Positions 29,702 through 40,710 of a stretch of DNA of 64,000 nt are shown here, piece after piece (position 1 is the stretch's first letter; each line of letters begins with the position of its first letter). A program made the translations under genes and the position numbers. This DNA is from Candidatus Thorarchaeota archaeon. GTDB taxonomy: Archaea; Asgardarchaeota; Thorarchaeia; Thorarchaeales; Thorarchaeaceae. The stretch spans positions 1 through 64,000 of the forward strand of contig JBHIAE010000014.1 in the NCBI GenBank assembly GCA_046758445.1, read 5' to 3'. Below the pieces are notes generated by a model that ran no database searches, was not told the DNA's origin, and saw nothing but the letters and a program-made list of their open reading frames with translations.

Positions 29702-30198
29702 CTACTTGGTTCGCTCTGGAGTTTTGAAACCAAGTCCACTATTTGGTCAGCATCCGGAACTGGACTCTGCTCATTCTGGACCCATTTGAATGCAATCTTC
29801 CTCTCTTTGTCTATAACAAACAGGCCTGCACAGGTAACCATAGTCAGACCTGCGATTCTATCTGTTAGTGTACCATATGCATTTGATACTTCGCGGTCAA
29901 AGTCACTGAGCAGGATGTAGGGTATGTTCTCCTCGTCAGCGAATGTGCACAGTGTTTCCACCGGTTCAGTGGACACACCAACAATAGTAACTTTCAGCAT
30001 GCTGAGCGATTCATGAAGAGCTTCGAAAATCTCGGAGAACCCACGCGAGAAGTAAGTGAAGGTGTCAGTAAGGAAGAACAATACAATAGGACTATCTGTT
30101 AGCGACAGAAGTTCCACTGTTTCGCCTTGAGTGGATGGTAATGCGAAATCGGGTGCTGGATCACCCACATCGAGTGGTTTCGATTCATTAGACGTCAT
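29698..30198 (-). CDS. Peroxiredoxin (BCP/AhpC)-fold protein lacking the peroxidatic Cys
   Basis: VGDPAPDFALP, IVGVS, LLSD..REV..AYG, FVID; TYFS in place of TxxC. Confidence 0.8.
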   Translation of the reverse strand: MTSNESKPLDVGDPAPDFALPSTQGETVELLSLTDSPIVLFFLTDTFTYFSRGFSEIFEALHESLSMLKVTIVGVSTEPVETLCTFADEENIPYILLSDFDREVSNAYGTLTDRIAGLTMVTCAGLFVIDKERKIAFKWVQNEQSPVPDADQIVDLVSKLQSEPSS

Positions 30199-30568
30199 GG
30201 CTGGGATGCTAAGTTCTGATTTGAGAGCATATCTGTGTATCGCCTTAGTGCTACAGTAATCGTGGATAGAACGGCGTATGTCATCATCGTTGAGTCTTAG
30301 AGAATGAGAAACGGGCCAGTTGTGGTGCAGAATAACGGGCGTTTATCCCTGGACACGGGAAACCCCTACGATGGTCCTGCGTACACGTTTTGCGATTGCC
30401 ATATCTCACTGGTGCTATTCTCTATCGGTAGTTTCTGCCGGACCGAAGAGGTCCTGATCTCTGCAGCTCTATTCTCAGGGGTAAAGACAAATATCGGGCA
30501 CGCGTCTACAGACAGATTTACGTTCAACTGGAGCGCAGCACAACCTTCTCCCTCAACGGTGACTTCAA

Positions 30569-31095
30569 ATGCAAGGATTAGATCTTCAGACAATATCCAC
30601 CTTGGTGGCGGCTGTAAGCGTGGTAGTAGGTGTAATAATGAGTGTCTTTTCTATTCTTGCGTCTACTAGAAACTTCAGCAACTCCAGAAAGGCTTAGCTC
30701 TTCTTACAGCTGAATGAGAGAGCAGCCAAGGAGGACTTCATCAAGAAGATCTTTGACTTGCTGGACTGGAAATGGTCTGATGCCGATGAGTTCAGGAACA
30801 AGTATGCGGCAGACATGAATCAACTCCCCACTTTCATCAGAGTTTCGAGATTCTTTGATAGCATGGGTACGCTAGTACGAAACGGACTGACAGAAACAAA
30901 GTTTATGCACGAATGATGGCCATAACTCTGATACAGTTCTGGGAGAAGATATCTCCAATTGCTCAAGATTTGGAGGCCCAGTGGGGAAGCCCAGGTCTAT
31001 ATTACAATGTCGAGTACCTATATCAAGAAATCGGGAAGTTTGGCTACTCATCACCTCCGGGCCTAGATTCCAGTCACTCCAACACCGGCGGTTGA
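30569..31095 (+). pseudogene. Disrupted membrane-anchored archaeal hypothetical protein
   Basis: MQGLDLQTISTLVAAVSVVVGV...RKA*LFLQL (TAG 30695-30697), frameshift near 30910, continuing as ...QFWEKISPI...NVEYLYQEI. Confidence 0.65.
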
Positions 31096-31257
31096 TTATT
31101 GATTATCATGTTTCCGCAGCTAGGACATCGTCGGAATGATTTGGACATCCAATATCCTACGGTAATGCTTTATGTAGACATGCTGTCACTGTTTGATGTT
31201 CGATATGGTGATAGGTACGGATTCAGAGTACCGGCTAAGTCGAATGGAGAGATTACA

Positions 31258-31431
31258 ATGGCCGAGAGGATAAAGAAATTCGTTAGTGTGATAGGTGGGA
31301 AGCTTGACATCACCTGTGATGAGTGCGGAAGCAGAATGCGTCCTGGTGGACACTACCAGCTCGACGTAGGGGACAAGACCTACCAATTCGACACAGAGAA
31401 ATGTATGGAGGCCTTTGAAGCGAAGCTTTGA
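31258..31431 (+). CDS. Small TRASH/YHS-like metal-binding protein
   Basis: CDECG...KTYQFDTEKCMEAF. Confidence 0.6.
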   Translation: MAERIKKFVSVIGGKLDITCDECGSRMRPGGHYQLDVGDKTYQFDTEKCMEAFEAKL

Positions 31432-31621
31432 TTCTGTGAGATTCAGCTTCAAGGAACTGGCGGAGGTCGCGGTTTCTCATAGATTGGCCTCCGCATCTGC
31501 TTTCTTTTGGACCCCCCGTATGAGATGTATCGTAGCTACCTTATCCTGCGTAGAAGCAAAACAGATTTAGTTACGATTTGTAAGTTAAGTCCCAAGCGTT
31601 TCTTCCAAGGAGAGTGGGAAG

Positions 31622-31990
31622 ATGGAATCCAGAGAATCATTGATTCTGATTGCCCACGCAGTCATAATCTACTTTGTATGTTTTGCAGTGATGGGTGCTT
31701 CGATGGCAACGATGCCAATCGACACAGCATTAGTAGTTCATGCAGCGGCGGCACCTTTTGTTTCAGCTGCATTCTCATACATCTACTTCATGAGATTCAA
31801 CTACACTAGCCCGCTACTAGCTGCTCTTGTGGTAATGGTTACTGTGATCTTGCTGGACTTCTTCTTGACAGCAACAATCATCCTTCAGGACTATGCCATG
31901 TCCTACAGTCCAATTGGAACTTGGATTCCTTTCGCACTGATCTTCACCGGAGCGTTCCTAGTTGGCTATTATGTGAATAGAGAGCAATAG
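31622..31990 (+). CDS. Four-helix membrane protein
   Basis: Hydrophobic 122-aa ORF ending GTWIPFALIF. Confidence 0.7.
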   Translation: MESRESLILIAHAVIIYFVCFAVMGASMATMPIDTALVVHAAAAPFVSAAFSYIYFMRFNYTSPLLAALVVMVTVILLDFFLTATIILQDYAMSYSPIGTWIPFALIFTGAFLVGYYVNREQ

Positions 31991-32097
31991 ACGCGATTCA
32001 TTTCGAGCTGCACTCTCAAAGAAGAAGACACCGAGCAGAAGAATCATCGATTCAACAGGTGTCTACAATCGACAGTTAGGAAGAGGCTGGTGATACA

Positions 32098-32548
32098 ATG
32101 AGTAGTCGCATTGATGTGGAGATAAAGCAGTCATCCCTTATTCGTGCTAGCCCGGAAGATGTCTATGATGCCCCTGGAACTGCCGCTGGACTTGACGCGT
32201 GGTTTACTTCAGGATCAGAGGTGGATGCAAGACCCGGAGGAAGTATCGAGTGTCGATGGAAAGAGTGGGGGCCTGACAAATACACCGCAGAGGCTGGAGG
32301 ACCAGTACTTGAAGCCGGAGCAGGGCAAGAGGTTTGTGTTTCAGTGGTACCCAGACAGTGGTAACCCAAAGCTAGCAACCACGATTGAAATTGACTTTGG
32401 AGCATTTGAAGAAGGAACTGTGGTACGAGTTCGAGAGTATGGACACGAAAACGCACCTACCAGTCTAGCTGCATTAGCTGAGTGTGCCGCTGGTTGGGGG
32501 GAAGCTATTACATTACTGAAATTCTACGTGGAGCATGGAATCAAGTAG
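32098..32548 (+). pseudogene. SRPBCC/AHSA1 domain gene with one frameshift near 32315
   Basis: N-half IRASPEDVYDA..GLDAWF..DARPGG and C-half RFVFQW..TTIEIDF..GW..LKFYVEHG lie in different frames. Confidence 0.75.
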
Positions 32549-32900
32549 CAGTGACTCTGCTACGAACTCTCCTTGATACACGCCATGAAGTTGAAAACTG
32601 ATTACTCACTCGTAATCATTCCTACTCATTTGCCAGTTCTTTGAAGGCCTGTTATGGAAGTCTTGTTGTGCTTAGGTAGCGGATTAGAAACGGTCAACCT
32701 TCTCGTTCGTTTGGCACAAAGACAAAGATGTCATAACGAACATGCAGGGGATCATCCCTGATACGTGTAGTCTTGACAAATGCCTTTAGGTGTTCACTCG
32801 CACATCGCTCGAGGCACTCCTCGACCTTGGCTTCGCTCGTGGTTCCCAACACATGTCGTAACATTAAAGAGACCCCCTCAACGAGGTACTGCCTTTCATG

Positions 32901-33245
32901 TCAAAAGGTCGGTTTCTTGGCAGATATGAACTCATGCAGATATCTACTCTGACCATCGATCTCCCATTCATCTTCTCCCAGCTCTTCCTTCAACACACGA
33001 ATCAATTGGTTACTGGTTTCAGTGAAGACTTCCTGTCTAAGGGCAGTGGCTATGAGAGCCAAGCTTCTGATGAGATCAAGAATCTTGTGTTCATCAAAAC
33101 CTGCCAGCCATTCCTCTTCCTCAAGTAGCTCCTCGATTTCCCCCAAGTCTGTCGGCAGGTTAATCTCTGAGAGAATCAGCACCGCATCTCTTCTAAGACG
33201 CTTGAGAGCTCTCTCTAGCACCTTGATTGGCCTCTTTCCACTCAT
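32901..33245 (-). CDS. Hypothetical acidic helical protein
   Basis: ATG-started 114-aa ORF preceded by GGAGG-like sequence. Confidence 0.6.
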   Translation of the reverse strand: MSGKRPIKVLERALKRLRRDAVLILSEINLPTDLGEIEELLEEEEWLAGFDEHKILDLIRSLALIATALRQEVFTETSNQLIRVLKEELGEDEWEIDGQSRYLHEFISAKKPTF

Positions 33246-33841
33246 CCTAGACCCTCCTTATCATTGAGTCCGAAGCCACCAAGTCGGAGGGTTTTTCTCT
33301 AGAAGCGTAATCAGTGTGTCCTTCAAGTCTGCGAGTCAGTTTCTTAGAATGCAGTAATATTGGTTCTGTCAAGTCAAATCGCTTCCTAAGCCATTCCTTA
33401 TGATCGGTTACAGTAGAAAGGCAAGATTCGGATATAATACACAACCTCTGATGCTCTTCCTGTGTAAAGTAACAAGACAATGAAGTCTCAATCACTGGCA
33501 CGAAAGCTGTCTTTCTCGTTTGTGCTTCTGTTCCCTTGCATGAGCCCAGAATGTGTAAACGCAAGTAGTGTGAGACTGAGTATCCTTATAAAGATGTTCA
33601 ATAAATCAATAAATCACTATAATTATATGACTTGTGTTGTATAAATCGAGATAACAGTGTAACGTGGGGATGCGCCGAATGCTCATTCCGAAGTGTTTCG
33701 TTTCTCGGATTGGTTCTCATCTTGTCTTATGTGTTAGATGCAGAAGCAAAGCTGCTCTGCAGTGGCAATGAGCAGTCCCTCAATGCTCGGCCACTGCTGC
33801 TGACACTCTTCAAACCGCAACAGAACTGAAAGATGGGGCGT

Positions 33842-35680
33842 CTATGGGAGGTCTATCAACTCCAAGGGGTCTATGCCCCGTACATCTTCTCCTTCCTCTC
33901 TCAGTCTAAGGATAGCGAGTTCATAGGCCTTGAGAACATCGGCCTTTGTGATGAAGCCGATCATCTTCGCGGGGGTTCCTGAGTCAACAACCACTGCATG
34001 CCCTTCTTCTCTCTCCAGCATTTCATGGAGAACAGTATCCATTGGAGTGGTCGGAAGAATACGGAGGAAGTCAGTTTTCATGAAGTCACGAACCCGGCAG
34101 TCTTGGCAGCCGCCCTCTGGTCCGCTAAATAGGTCTTCAGTAATGAGGGCACCCAAGATTACGTCGTTCTGGTCAACAACAGGAAACTTGGTGTGCTGAG
34201 TTTCATCAACTATCTTCAAGACCTCGCTTACGGTCATCTCTGGTGATAGCTTGGTAGGATTGGTTGTCATCACATGTCCTGCATTTGCTTCTTTCAGTGC
34301 ACCGATGTACAGTGCCCTATGGACATTCATACCTCTGCGTGCCAACTTCAAGGTGTAGATGCTCTCTTCCTCTATAGAGGACGCCACTAGGAAGGATGCA
34401 GAAACTGAAATCATGAGTGGAAGAATCATTGAGTAGTCCCCAGTCATCTCCATGAGCATCAGAATACAAGTGATAGGCGCCCGACCTGAGCCAGCAAAGA
34501 GAGCCGCCATCCCGACTAGCGCATAGGCCATGGGGTTGGGTATGAGTCCGGGGAACGTCATCGAAAATAGCTGGCCAAATCCTCCACCTATTGCCGCTCC
34601 TATGAAGAGTGATGGTGCAAAGACCCCGCCGGAACCCCCCGAACCAAGAGTGAAAGACGTGGCAAAAGCCTTGAGGATTCCAAAGACGATTAGCGCTGAG
34701 AATGCCACGTTTCCGATAAGAGTGGCGTCTATGAATGCATAACCAACGCCCATGATCGCAGGGAAGTATGGCTCAGTGGGTTTGAAGATGCCAGCGTATC
34801 CGAAGTCTCCTTCGAACACAATCACTACAACACTGATTAGTCCTACAATAATCCCTCCGAAGACAGTGAGACCATACCTAGATCCTCGAATCCTTTCAAG
34901 GATATCCTCAATCGCATAGAATCCGCGGGTCCACAGCACGCTAGCCACACCTAGAACAAGCCCAAGCAGGAGATAGGGTAGGAGCTCCCAGTAGTTGCTC
35001 AATGCGAAAGCAGGTGCTTGGAATGATGGCTGAGTTCCAAGAACCGCGTCAACCAGCGCAGTCGCTATGACGGATGAGAAGATGATAGGTATGATTGAGA
35101 TCCCTACAATACCTCCACCAACGATCTCTATTCCGAAGAGTGTGCCACCCAAGGGGGAATTGAATGTGGCCGCGATGCCCGAAGCGGTGCCGCAGACTAC
35201 AAGCGTCTTGGTCATTCTCTTGTTGAGTTTGAGGTACGTTGCAAGTGATGATCCCGCACCGCCCCCAATCTGTGCAATGGGGCCTTCTCTGCCACAAGAC
35301 CCTCCCGAACCGATACAGATTGCGGAGGCGAGACTCTTCAGAATTGGAACTCTGAAGCGTATCTTACCTCCCCGGAAAGTGTATGCATCGATTATCTCCG
35401 GAACTCCATGTCCCTTGGCTTCGGGGGCGTAGCGCTGTACTATGATGGCAACCAGCAGGCCCCCAAGGGCTGGAGCCAAAACCCATCCCCAGGTGCCAAG
35501 GACTGCGGGCAAGATGACAAACATAAGACTCATGCCTTGGATAAGCCACCTGAAGAACAAGGCGGTAAAGCCTGAGATCACGCCGACGACAGCTGCAAGG
35601 AAGTATACCCACAGCCTTTGGTTTCTCGATTCTCTTCCAATCATTGCTGCGTGGCACCTTCTGACACGGATGGGCGTCAT
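33842..35680 (-). CDS. ClC (EriC) chloride/proton antiporter with CBS pair
   Basis: GHGVPE, GREGP, GVFAP signatures; two C-terminal CBS domains. Confidence 0.93.
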   Translation of the reverse strand: MTPIRVRRCHAAMIGRESRNQRLWVYFLAAVVGVISGFTALFFRWLIQGMSLMFVILPAVLGTWGWVLAPALGGLLVAIIVQRYAPEAKGHGVPEIIDAYTFRGGKIRFRVPILKSLASAICIGSGGSCGREGPIAQIGGGAGSSLATYLKLNKRMTKTLVVCGTASGIAATFNSPLGGTLFGIEIVGGGIVGISIIPIIFSSVIATALVDAVLGTQPSFQAPAFALSNYWELLPYLLLGLVLGVASVLWTRGFYAIEDILERIRGSRYGLTVFGGIIVGLISVVVIVFEGDFGYAGIFKPTEPYFPAIMGVGYAFIDATLIGNVAFSALIVFGILKAFATSFTLGSGGSGGVFAPSLFIGAAIGGGFGQLFSMTFPGLIPNPMAYALVGMAALFAGSGRAPITCILMLMEMTGDYSMILPLMISVSASFLVASSIEEESIYTLKLARRGMNVHRALYIGALKEANAGHVMTTNPTKLSPEMTVSEVLKIVDETQHTKFPVVDQNDVILGALITEDLFSGPEGGCQDCRVRDFMKTDFLRILPTTPMDTVLHEMLEREEGHAVVVDSGTPAKMIGFITKADVLKAYELAILRLREEGEDVRGIDPLELIDLP

Positions 35681-36052
35681 TCTGATGACTTCTAGCTAGC
35701 TGCGTTCAATTCGGTTCAGAGTTAAACCTTTCGTGTCGTCAGTTCATAGATTCAGAAAATCCACTCACATTAGCCGCCTTCCTGCATTCTGAAACAGAGC
35801 TACTGCGGCATGAATCGTTGAGAGATGGGGAGGGAGTTAGAAGAGGTTTGACACAGCATTCGAGCCCATTGATGTGCTTCAACAGTCCTACCTAGCCGAG
35901 CCACCGCTGAGCTCGCATACATTGCCATCGCTTGAGGAAGAGTTCATTAATCAAGCGTTAACTCAACTGACAGATAATACAAAATGGAATCTAGAAAAGT
36001 GCTGAAGCCCTTTGTCCAAACAACAGAACCAGTTAGATAGTTCATTTGCCAA

Positions 36053-36286
36053 TTACGCTCGTTGATTAAGCTCTACAGTGTCACGGTCATGAAGAACATT
36101 ATCAGGATTTGCAAGAGCATTGTTAATATAGCAGTCACCAACGTCATCTAGATTCAATCCCAATCGATGCAAAAAGTCTTGAAAATGCTCTCCTTCAACG
36201 TACTCGCACAGCATGATTGCACTGCTATTGGGCCCTCTTTCCTTGGCCAACTCCTTGAGGTCGCCGTACAGATAGACTTCTATCAT
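36053..36286 (-). CDS. MoaD/ThiS-like beta-grasp protein without C-terminal Gly-Gly
   Basis: MIEVYLYGDLKE...LGL...YINN....VLHDRDTVELNQRA. Confidence 0.6.
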   Translation of the reverse strand: MIEVYLYGDLKELAKERGPNSSAIMLCEYVEGEHFQDFLHRLGLNLDDVGDCYINNALANPDNVLHDRDTVELNQRA

Positions 36287-36547
36287 ATGTCTAATACAAG
36301 GTTCATAACAGATAAACAATTTGAATGAGCACTTGGGAGAGTTCAGAAGACAATTCGTCCAGGAACGCTTATTCCAACTCCTCGCAATGAAAGTCACATA
36401 GGCGTGTGCGCAAGGACCAAACGCACTGTCCTAAGAACGATTATGCAGTGGGATACAGGATTCCTTATATTGACTTGTAGAACATCCGACTTCAGGAAGA
36501 CCCAGTCGTGTTGGATTTAGCACAGAAGGTGTACAGAAACGGATAGC

Positions 36548-37300
36548 TTGACCACATTGATTCTGGCTGTGATTATAGGGCTGATTGGAGGATTTAGCAG
36601 CGGGCTTTTTGGTATAGGGGGCGGCTCAATCAGGATTCCCCTGTTGAATCTTGCGGGCATTACTCTGATCTCAGCATATGGCCTGAATCTCCTGGTACTC
36701 CCATTGACATGCTCTACAGGGGCAATATCGCAAAGAACCAATATCGATGTGCATATTGGCATGTATATGATCGTTGGTGGTTCGATAGGTACAGTAGTAG
36801 GCACACTAGTGGCCTTTTCTCTAGCCGCAACTGCTCTCTTGTTGGCTGCTGTTTTTGTGCTGGCCTCCATAGTCGCTGTGATTGCCATGAACCTGAATTA
36901 CTTGGCACCAGAGGCCTCGAGTCACATGAATCCGACAGCATTGAATCTGACGTCGGGTACTCTGATATGCAACACTCTGACTGGGATGAGGGGAGGGACA
37001 GAGGGGTCCCTGTTTGTACCCCTCCTCAAGGCATTGAATATCGATATGCACAAGGCTATTGCCACTGCGCTTTTCTCAGCAGTGTTCACATCTCTAATAG
37101 GTCTAATTCTCTACTGGAACCGAGGATATATACCATGGATTGAGGGCATTGCTCTGCTCATAGGGTCAGCAGTTGGAGCAAGATTCGGGAGTGTCCTCTC
37201 CATCACGACTGAATCGAGATTGTTGAAGCTTGGCCTCTCAGTCATAATCGTCATACTCGCATTGGCCACGCTGCTGAAAGCCATGCTGCTTTCGATATAG
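36548..37300 (+). CDS. TauE/SafE sulfite exporter family
   Basis: GF.SGLFGIGGG..IP, A.AT.L, about 8 TM segments. Confidence 0.88.
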   Translation: MTTLILAVIIGLIGGFSSGLFGIGGGSIRIPLLNLAGITLISAYGLNLLVLPLTCSTGAISQRTNIDVHIGMYMIVGGSIGTVVGTLVAFSLAATALLLAAVFVLASIVAVIAMNLNYLAPEASSHMNPTALNLTSGTLICNTLTGMRGGTEGSLFVPLLKALNIDMHKAIATALFSAVFTSLIGLILYWNRGYIPWIEGIALLIGSAVGARFGSVLSITTESRLLKLGLSVIIVILALATLLKAMLLSI

Positions 37301-37353
37301 GCAGAGCTAACCGAACCATAATGCGATTCTAGTCTCCTCTTTGAGGCTAGAGT

Positions 37354-37493
37354 ATTCCCTGTCAAAGGCCCGCACCTCTTCCCACTCCGAAGAGCAGGAA
37401 CAAGCTGCTCTACCTCCAAGTAGTAGAATCCTAGGAGGTGATTGATGGATGATGAGGAAATCTCAACTTCTTCCATCCGCAGCTTCCGCTACG
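37354..37493 (+). repeat. Long-form repeat, 3' two-thirds only (copy 3)
   Basis: attccctgtcaaaggcccgcacctc...caagctgc...ctaggaggtgattgatgga...tcttccatccgcagcttccgctacg. Confidence 0.85.
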
Positions 37494-37585
37494 GATACCT
37501 CACAGTCCTGAGAGAGTCAACCTTTGGGAGACATCCTCTTTCCTTCATCTACAAAGGCCCTTGGTTTGACAATAGATTATATGAT

Positions 37586-38338
37586 TTACAGCCTTTTCTC
37601 AAGAGTCCTTCTGTGACCTATGAATGACACTATCACAAGAAGCAAGGTCCATCCAACAATTATTGCAAGATTGACAGAGGGATGAAGAAAGGAAACGCCT
37701 GCTACTGACGACCAGAAGAAATCTGCAACGTAAGTTAAAGGTGATAGGAATGTCACAATTCGGAATAATGCAGGCAAGACAGCCAGTGGAATGAAGATTC
37801 CGCTGATGAAGATGAGAGGAAACTTCACCATGGTTGCAATCATCATGATAGTGGAGGTCTGGTCCACAGGAGGCGCGGATATCAATTGACCAAAGAACGC
37901 AAAACAAATACTGCCTAGAACAATGCCTACGATTGTTAGTCCAACTTGAATGACGCTCATTTCCAGAAGTGCGATTGTGAGTACAAGTGGCACAGAACTC
38001 GAGATAAGACAGAATATCACAGATGCAACGCTATCTCCTAAGAGAATACACCAAAGGGGCACAGGCATGGAGATCAGCCTTTCCAGAGTATAGGCTCTAG
38101 TTTCAGTTGGAAAGATTACTGGTCCAACAGCTGTTGCTGAAAAAAAGACAACCATTGCAGTAAGACCAAGCATCAAGGTTGTTGGATTCATGTTCCTCCC
38201 CACAACGAAGGAGAGAAAGAAGAAGAAAGGAAAGAGAAGGCCAAAGATTAGTGTAGGTCCCTTTGCGTAATAGACTCTCATGTCTTTCTTAGCGATGGCA
38301 AGTATCTGACGGATTCGGAGCCTCGGAGCACTGGTCAT
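37586..38338 (-). CDS. ABC-2 type permease
   Basis: TLERL..P, FISGIFIP..LP, SPLTY. Confidence 0.9.
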   Translation of the reverse strand: MTSAPRLRIRQILAIAKKDMRVYYAKGPTLIFGLLFPFFFFLSFVVGRNMNPTTLMLGLTAMVVFFSATAVGPVIFPTETRAYTLERLISMPVPLWCILLGDSVASVIFCLISSSVPLVLTIALLEMSVIQVGLTIVGIVLGSICFAFFGQLISAPPVDQTSTIMMIATMVKFPLIFISGIFIPLAVLPALFRIVTFLSPLTYVADFFWSSVAGVSFLHPSVNLAIIVGWTLLLVIVSFIGHRRTLEKRL

Positions 38339-39270
38339 GAGGTTGTCCTCCTCGGTTGTATCAGTTCGAGGAAGACATCCTCAAGAGCAGCAGATTCCGT
38401 ACATGCAGAGAGGACTTTGATCCCTTGATGTTTGGCTAGTTCAACAAGAGCTGTCAACACACTTCCAGGATTGGATGAGTAGCATCGAATTATCGAGCCA
38501 CTGATATGGACTTCCTCAACACCGGATAATTCCTCTATCCTTTCACGAGGGATAGATTCTGAGAGATGCATGACAACGCTCTGGCGTTTCTCGAAAGTCC
38601 TCCGCAGGTTCGTCGGTGTGTCAATTGCGGCGATTCTTCCCTTGTTTATTACAGCTACTCGTGAACAGAGATCTTGGGCTTCTTGCATATTGTGAGTTGT
38701 CAGGATGATTGTCCGTCCCTCGGTGGCCATCTCAGATATGATTCCCCGAATCTCTCGTGAGCTCTCTGCATCAAGACCAGAAGTTGGTTCGTCAAGGAAT
38801 AGGACTTCCCCATCGGTCATAAGGGTCATAGCAAGACTCAGTCGCTGTCGCATTCCTTTCGAATAGGTCTTCGCCGCTCTATCTTTGGCCTCATAGATAT
38901 TCATCTTCTTGAGGAGTTGCGTGGATCTCTCCACCACGATGTCTTTTCTCAGACCATAAAGATCCCCAAACAAGTACATATTCTGTTGGCCTGTAAGATC
39001 TACATAGACATTCGCTGTTTCAGGAAGGACTCCAATGTTGTGTCGAATCTCACTAGCCTGTCTTGGCATCTCAAGGCCCAAAACTGAGATGGACCCTGAA
39101 GTGGGTGATATCACTCCAGTAAGCATGCGCACTGTTGTTGTCTTTCCCGCACCGTTTGGTCCTAAGAGACCGAATATCTCTCCACGTTGCATAGAGAAGC
39201 TGATTCCATCTACCGCTGAAATGTCATCATACCTCTTCACAAGGTCTTGAGCGGCAGCGACTAGAGTCAA
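38335..39270 (-). CDS. ABC transporter ATP-binding protein (DrrA-like)
   Basis: GPNGAGKTT, YSKGMRQR, LDEPTSGLD. Confidence 0.93.
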   Translation of the reverse strand: MTLVAAAQDLVKRYDDISAVDGISFSMQRGEIFGLLGPNGAGKTTTVRMLTGVISPTSGSISVLGLEMPRQASEIRHNIGVLPETANVYVDLTGQQNMYLFGDLYGLRKDIVVERSTQLLKKMNIYEAKDRAAKTYSKGMRQRLSLAMTLMTDGEVLFLDEPTSGLDAESSREIRGIISEMATEGRTIILTTHNMQEAQDLCSRVAVINKGRIAAIDTPTNLRRTFEKRQSVVMHLSESIPRERIEELSGVEEVHISGSIIRCYSSNPGSVLTALVELAKHQGIKVLSACTESAALEDVFLELIQPRRTTS

Positions 39271-39299
39271 TAGTAATCAACACTTGTCAGATGAGGGCG

Positions 39300-39446
39300 T
39301 TATTGAGTCCTAAGGCTCCTCAATTCGTCTTTGATACATTCTAATTTGTGAATAGTTTCTACCATGCAACTCTCAAGATGGGCTATCTGTTGTTCTCTAT
39401 TCATCTCTTTATGATGTTCGCCTCTTTCACATTTGCATTTTGTCAT
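39300..39446 (-). CDS. 48-aa Cys/His-rich coiled-coil peptide
   Basis: MTKCKCERGEHHKEMNREQQIAHLESC...; first gene of the ABC unit, divergent from HxlR. Confidence 0.5.
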   Translation of the reverse strand: MTKCKCERGEHHKEMNREQQIAHLESCMVETIHKLECIKDELRSLRTQ

Positions 39447-39531
39447 TGAGAATACATCCGATAGAGCAAGTTTTGATGAACCATATAACTTATCGCTCCA
39501 ACGGATGGAAGTAACTACCTGATGATGAAGA

Positions 39532-39923
39532 ATGAATAAGACAACGTATTCAAACCCACCATGCATCAGACCTCTTGAGAGTGTTGTGCGTCTACTTGGT
39601 CGTCACTGGACAATCCCTCTGATTCTGATGCTGGGAGAGCAAGGGAGCACTATTAGGTATTCTGAGATACGGGAGAAGTCATTGAGGATTCAAGTGATGT
39701 GATAAGTGACTCAACCCTTTCAAGAAAGTTGTCTGAACTTACCAACCTGGGAATTGTTAGTCGAAAGAGCTATGATGAGGTTCCCCCTAGAGTGGAGTAT
39801 GGTTTCACTGATGCGGGAATGACTCTGTTTAATACTCTTCATCAGATTGCGGCATGGACGAGAGAGCAGTGTCATAATGGTGTGCTTCGTATTCCAAAAA
39901 AGAAGGATATAGAGCATCTTTAG
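39532..39923 (+). pseudogene. HxlR-family regulator with a frameshift near 39678
   Basis: MNKTTYSNPPCIRPLESVVRLLGRHWT...RYSEIREK, then shifted frame ISDSTLSRKLSEL...EVPPRVEY. Confidence 0.75.
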
Positions 39924-40230
39924 GAATCTTAGACAAAGTTGGACATTATATATCTAAACAATGATTGACCTTGTAACATAGACTGTAGAATATGAGAATG
40001 ATCTCACTTTTTGATTTCTTTAAGAATACGTATGGGAGTCCCTTCTCTGTGCGATTTTTGGTCATTTCTTAATGAATATACCCCAAAAGCATAAGACTCA
40101 TCCTGATGACTTCTTCAATCATTCTGGTCGCATTTGCTGAGAAGCTGAATGCGGCAGCCATCGTAATTGGTGGAGCTATTGTTGGTGCAGTCTGCAAACT
40201 CTTGAAAAGTTGTAATCCATATGTGAATCT

Positions 40231-40644
40231 ATGCGAAGAGTACTGTTTCTCTGCACCGGGAATTCTGCAAGAAGTCAAATTGCAGAAGCGCTCCCTAAAC
40301 ACCTCGGTAAAAGAAACTTAGATGTACATAGTGCAGGAATCAAAGCTCAATCAGAGGTGAACCCGTTTGCCATAGAAGTGTTGAATGAGAGAGGAGTTCC
40401 AACAGAGAGCCTCTATCCAAAGCTTGTCAATGAATTCGTGAACCAAGAGTTCGACCTTGTTGTGACAGTGTGCGATGGAGCCAAACAGTCATGCCTGTTC
40501 TTTCCGGGAGCAAGACAGATGGAGCATTGGTTTCTTGAGGATCCTGCAGCCTTTCAAGGTGCATATGATGAGATTCTCCGTACCTTTAGAGAAACACGCA
40601 ATGAGATTGAGAAGAGAGTCAGAGAAAGATTTCTGAAGTCTTAG
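40231..40644 (+). CDS. arsC: Arsenate reductase (LMW-PTP fold, thioredoxin-type)
   Basis: CTGNSARSQ, VTVCD...C, EDP. Confidence 0.88.
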   Translation: MRRVLFLCTGNSARSQIAEALPKHLGKRNLDVHSAGIKAQSEVNPFAIEVLNERGVPTESLYPKLVNEFVNQEFDLVVTVCDGAKQSCLFFPGARQMEHWFLEDPAAFQGAYDEILRTFRETRNEIEKRVRERFLKS

Positions 40645-40710
40645 ATTGACATCTGCTTGTTAATCCTCCTATGAACCTCTCAGATAGAACAGATAGTCTA
40701 ATTGATATTG

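Noticed and set aside
33247-33829. ORFs 33247-33564 and 33632-33829 and an AT-rich caataaat repeat near 33600
   Set aside because: No family features; probably promoter/intergenic DNA.
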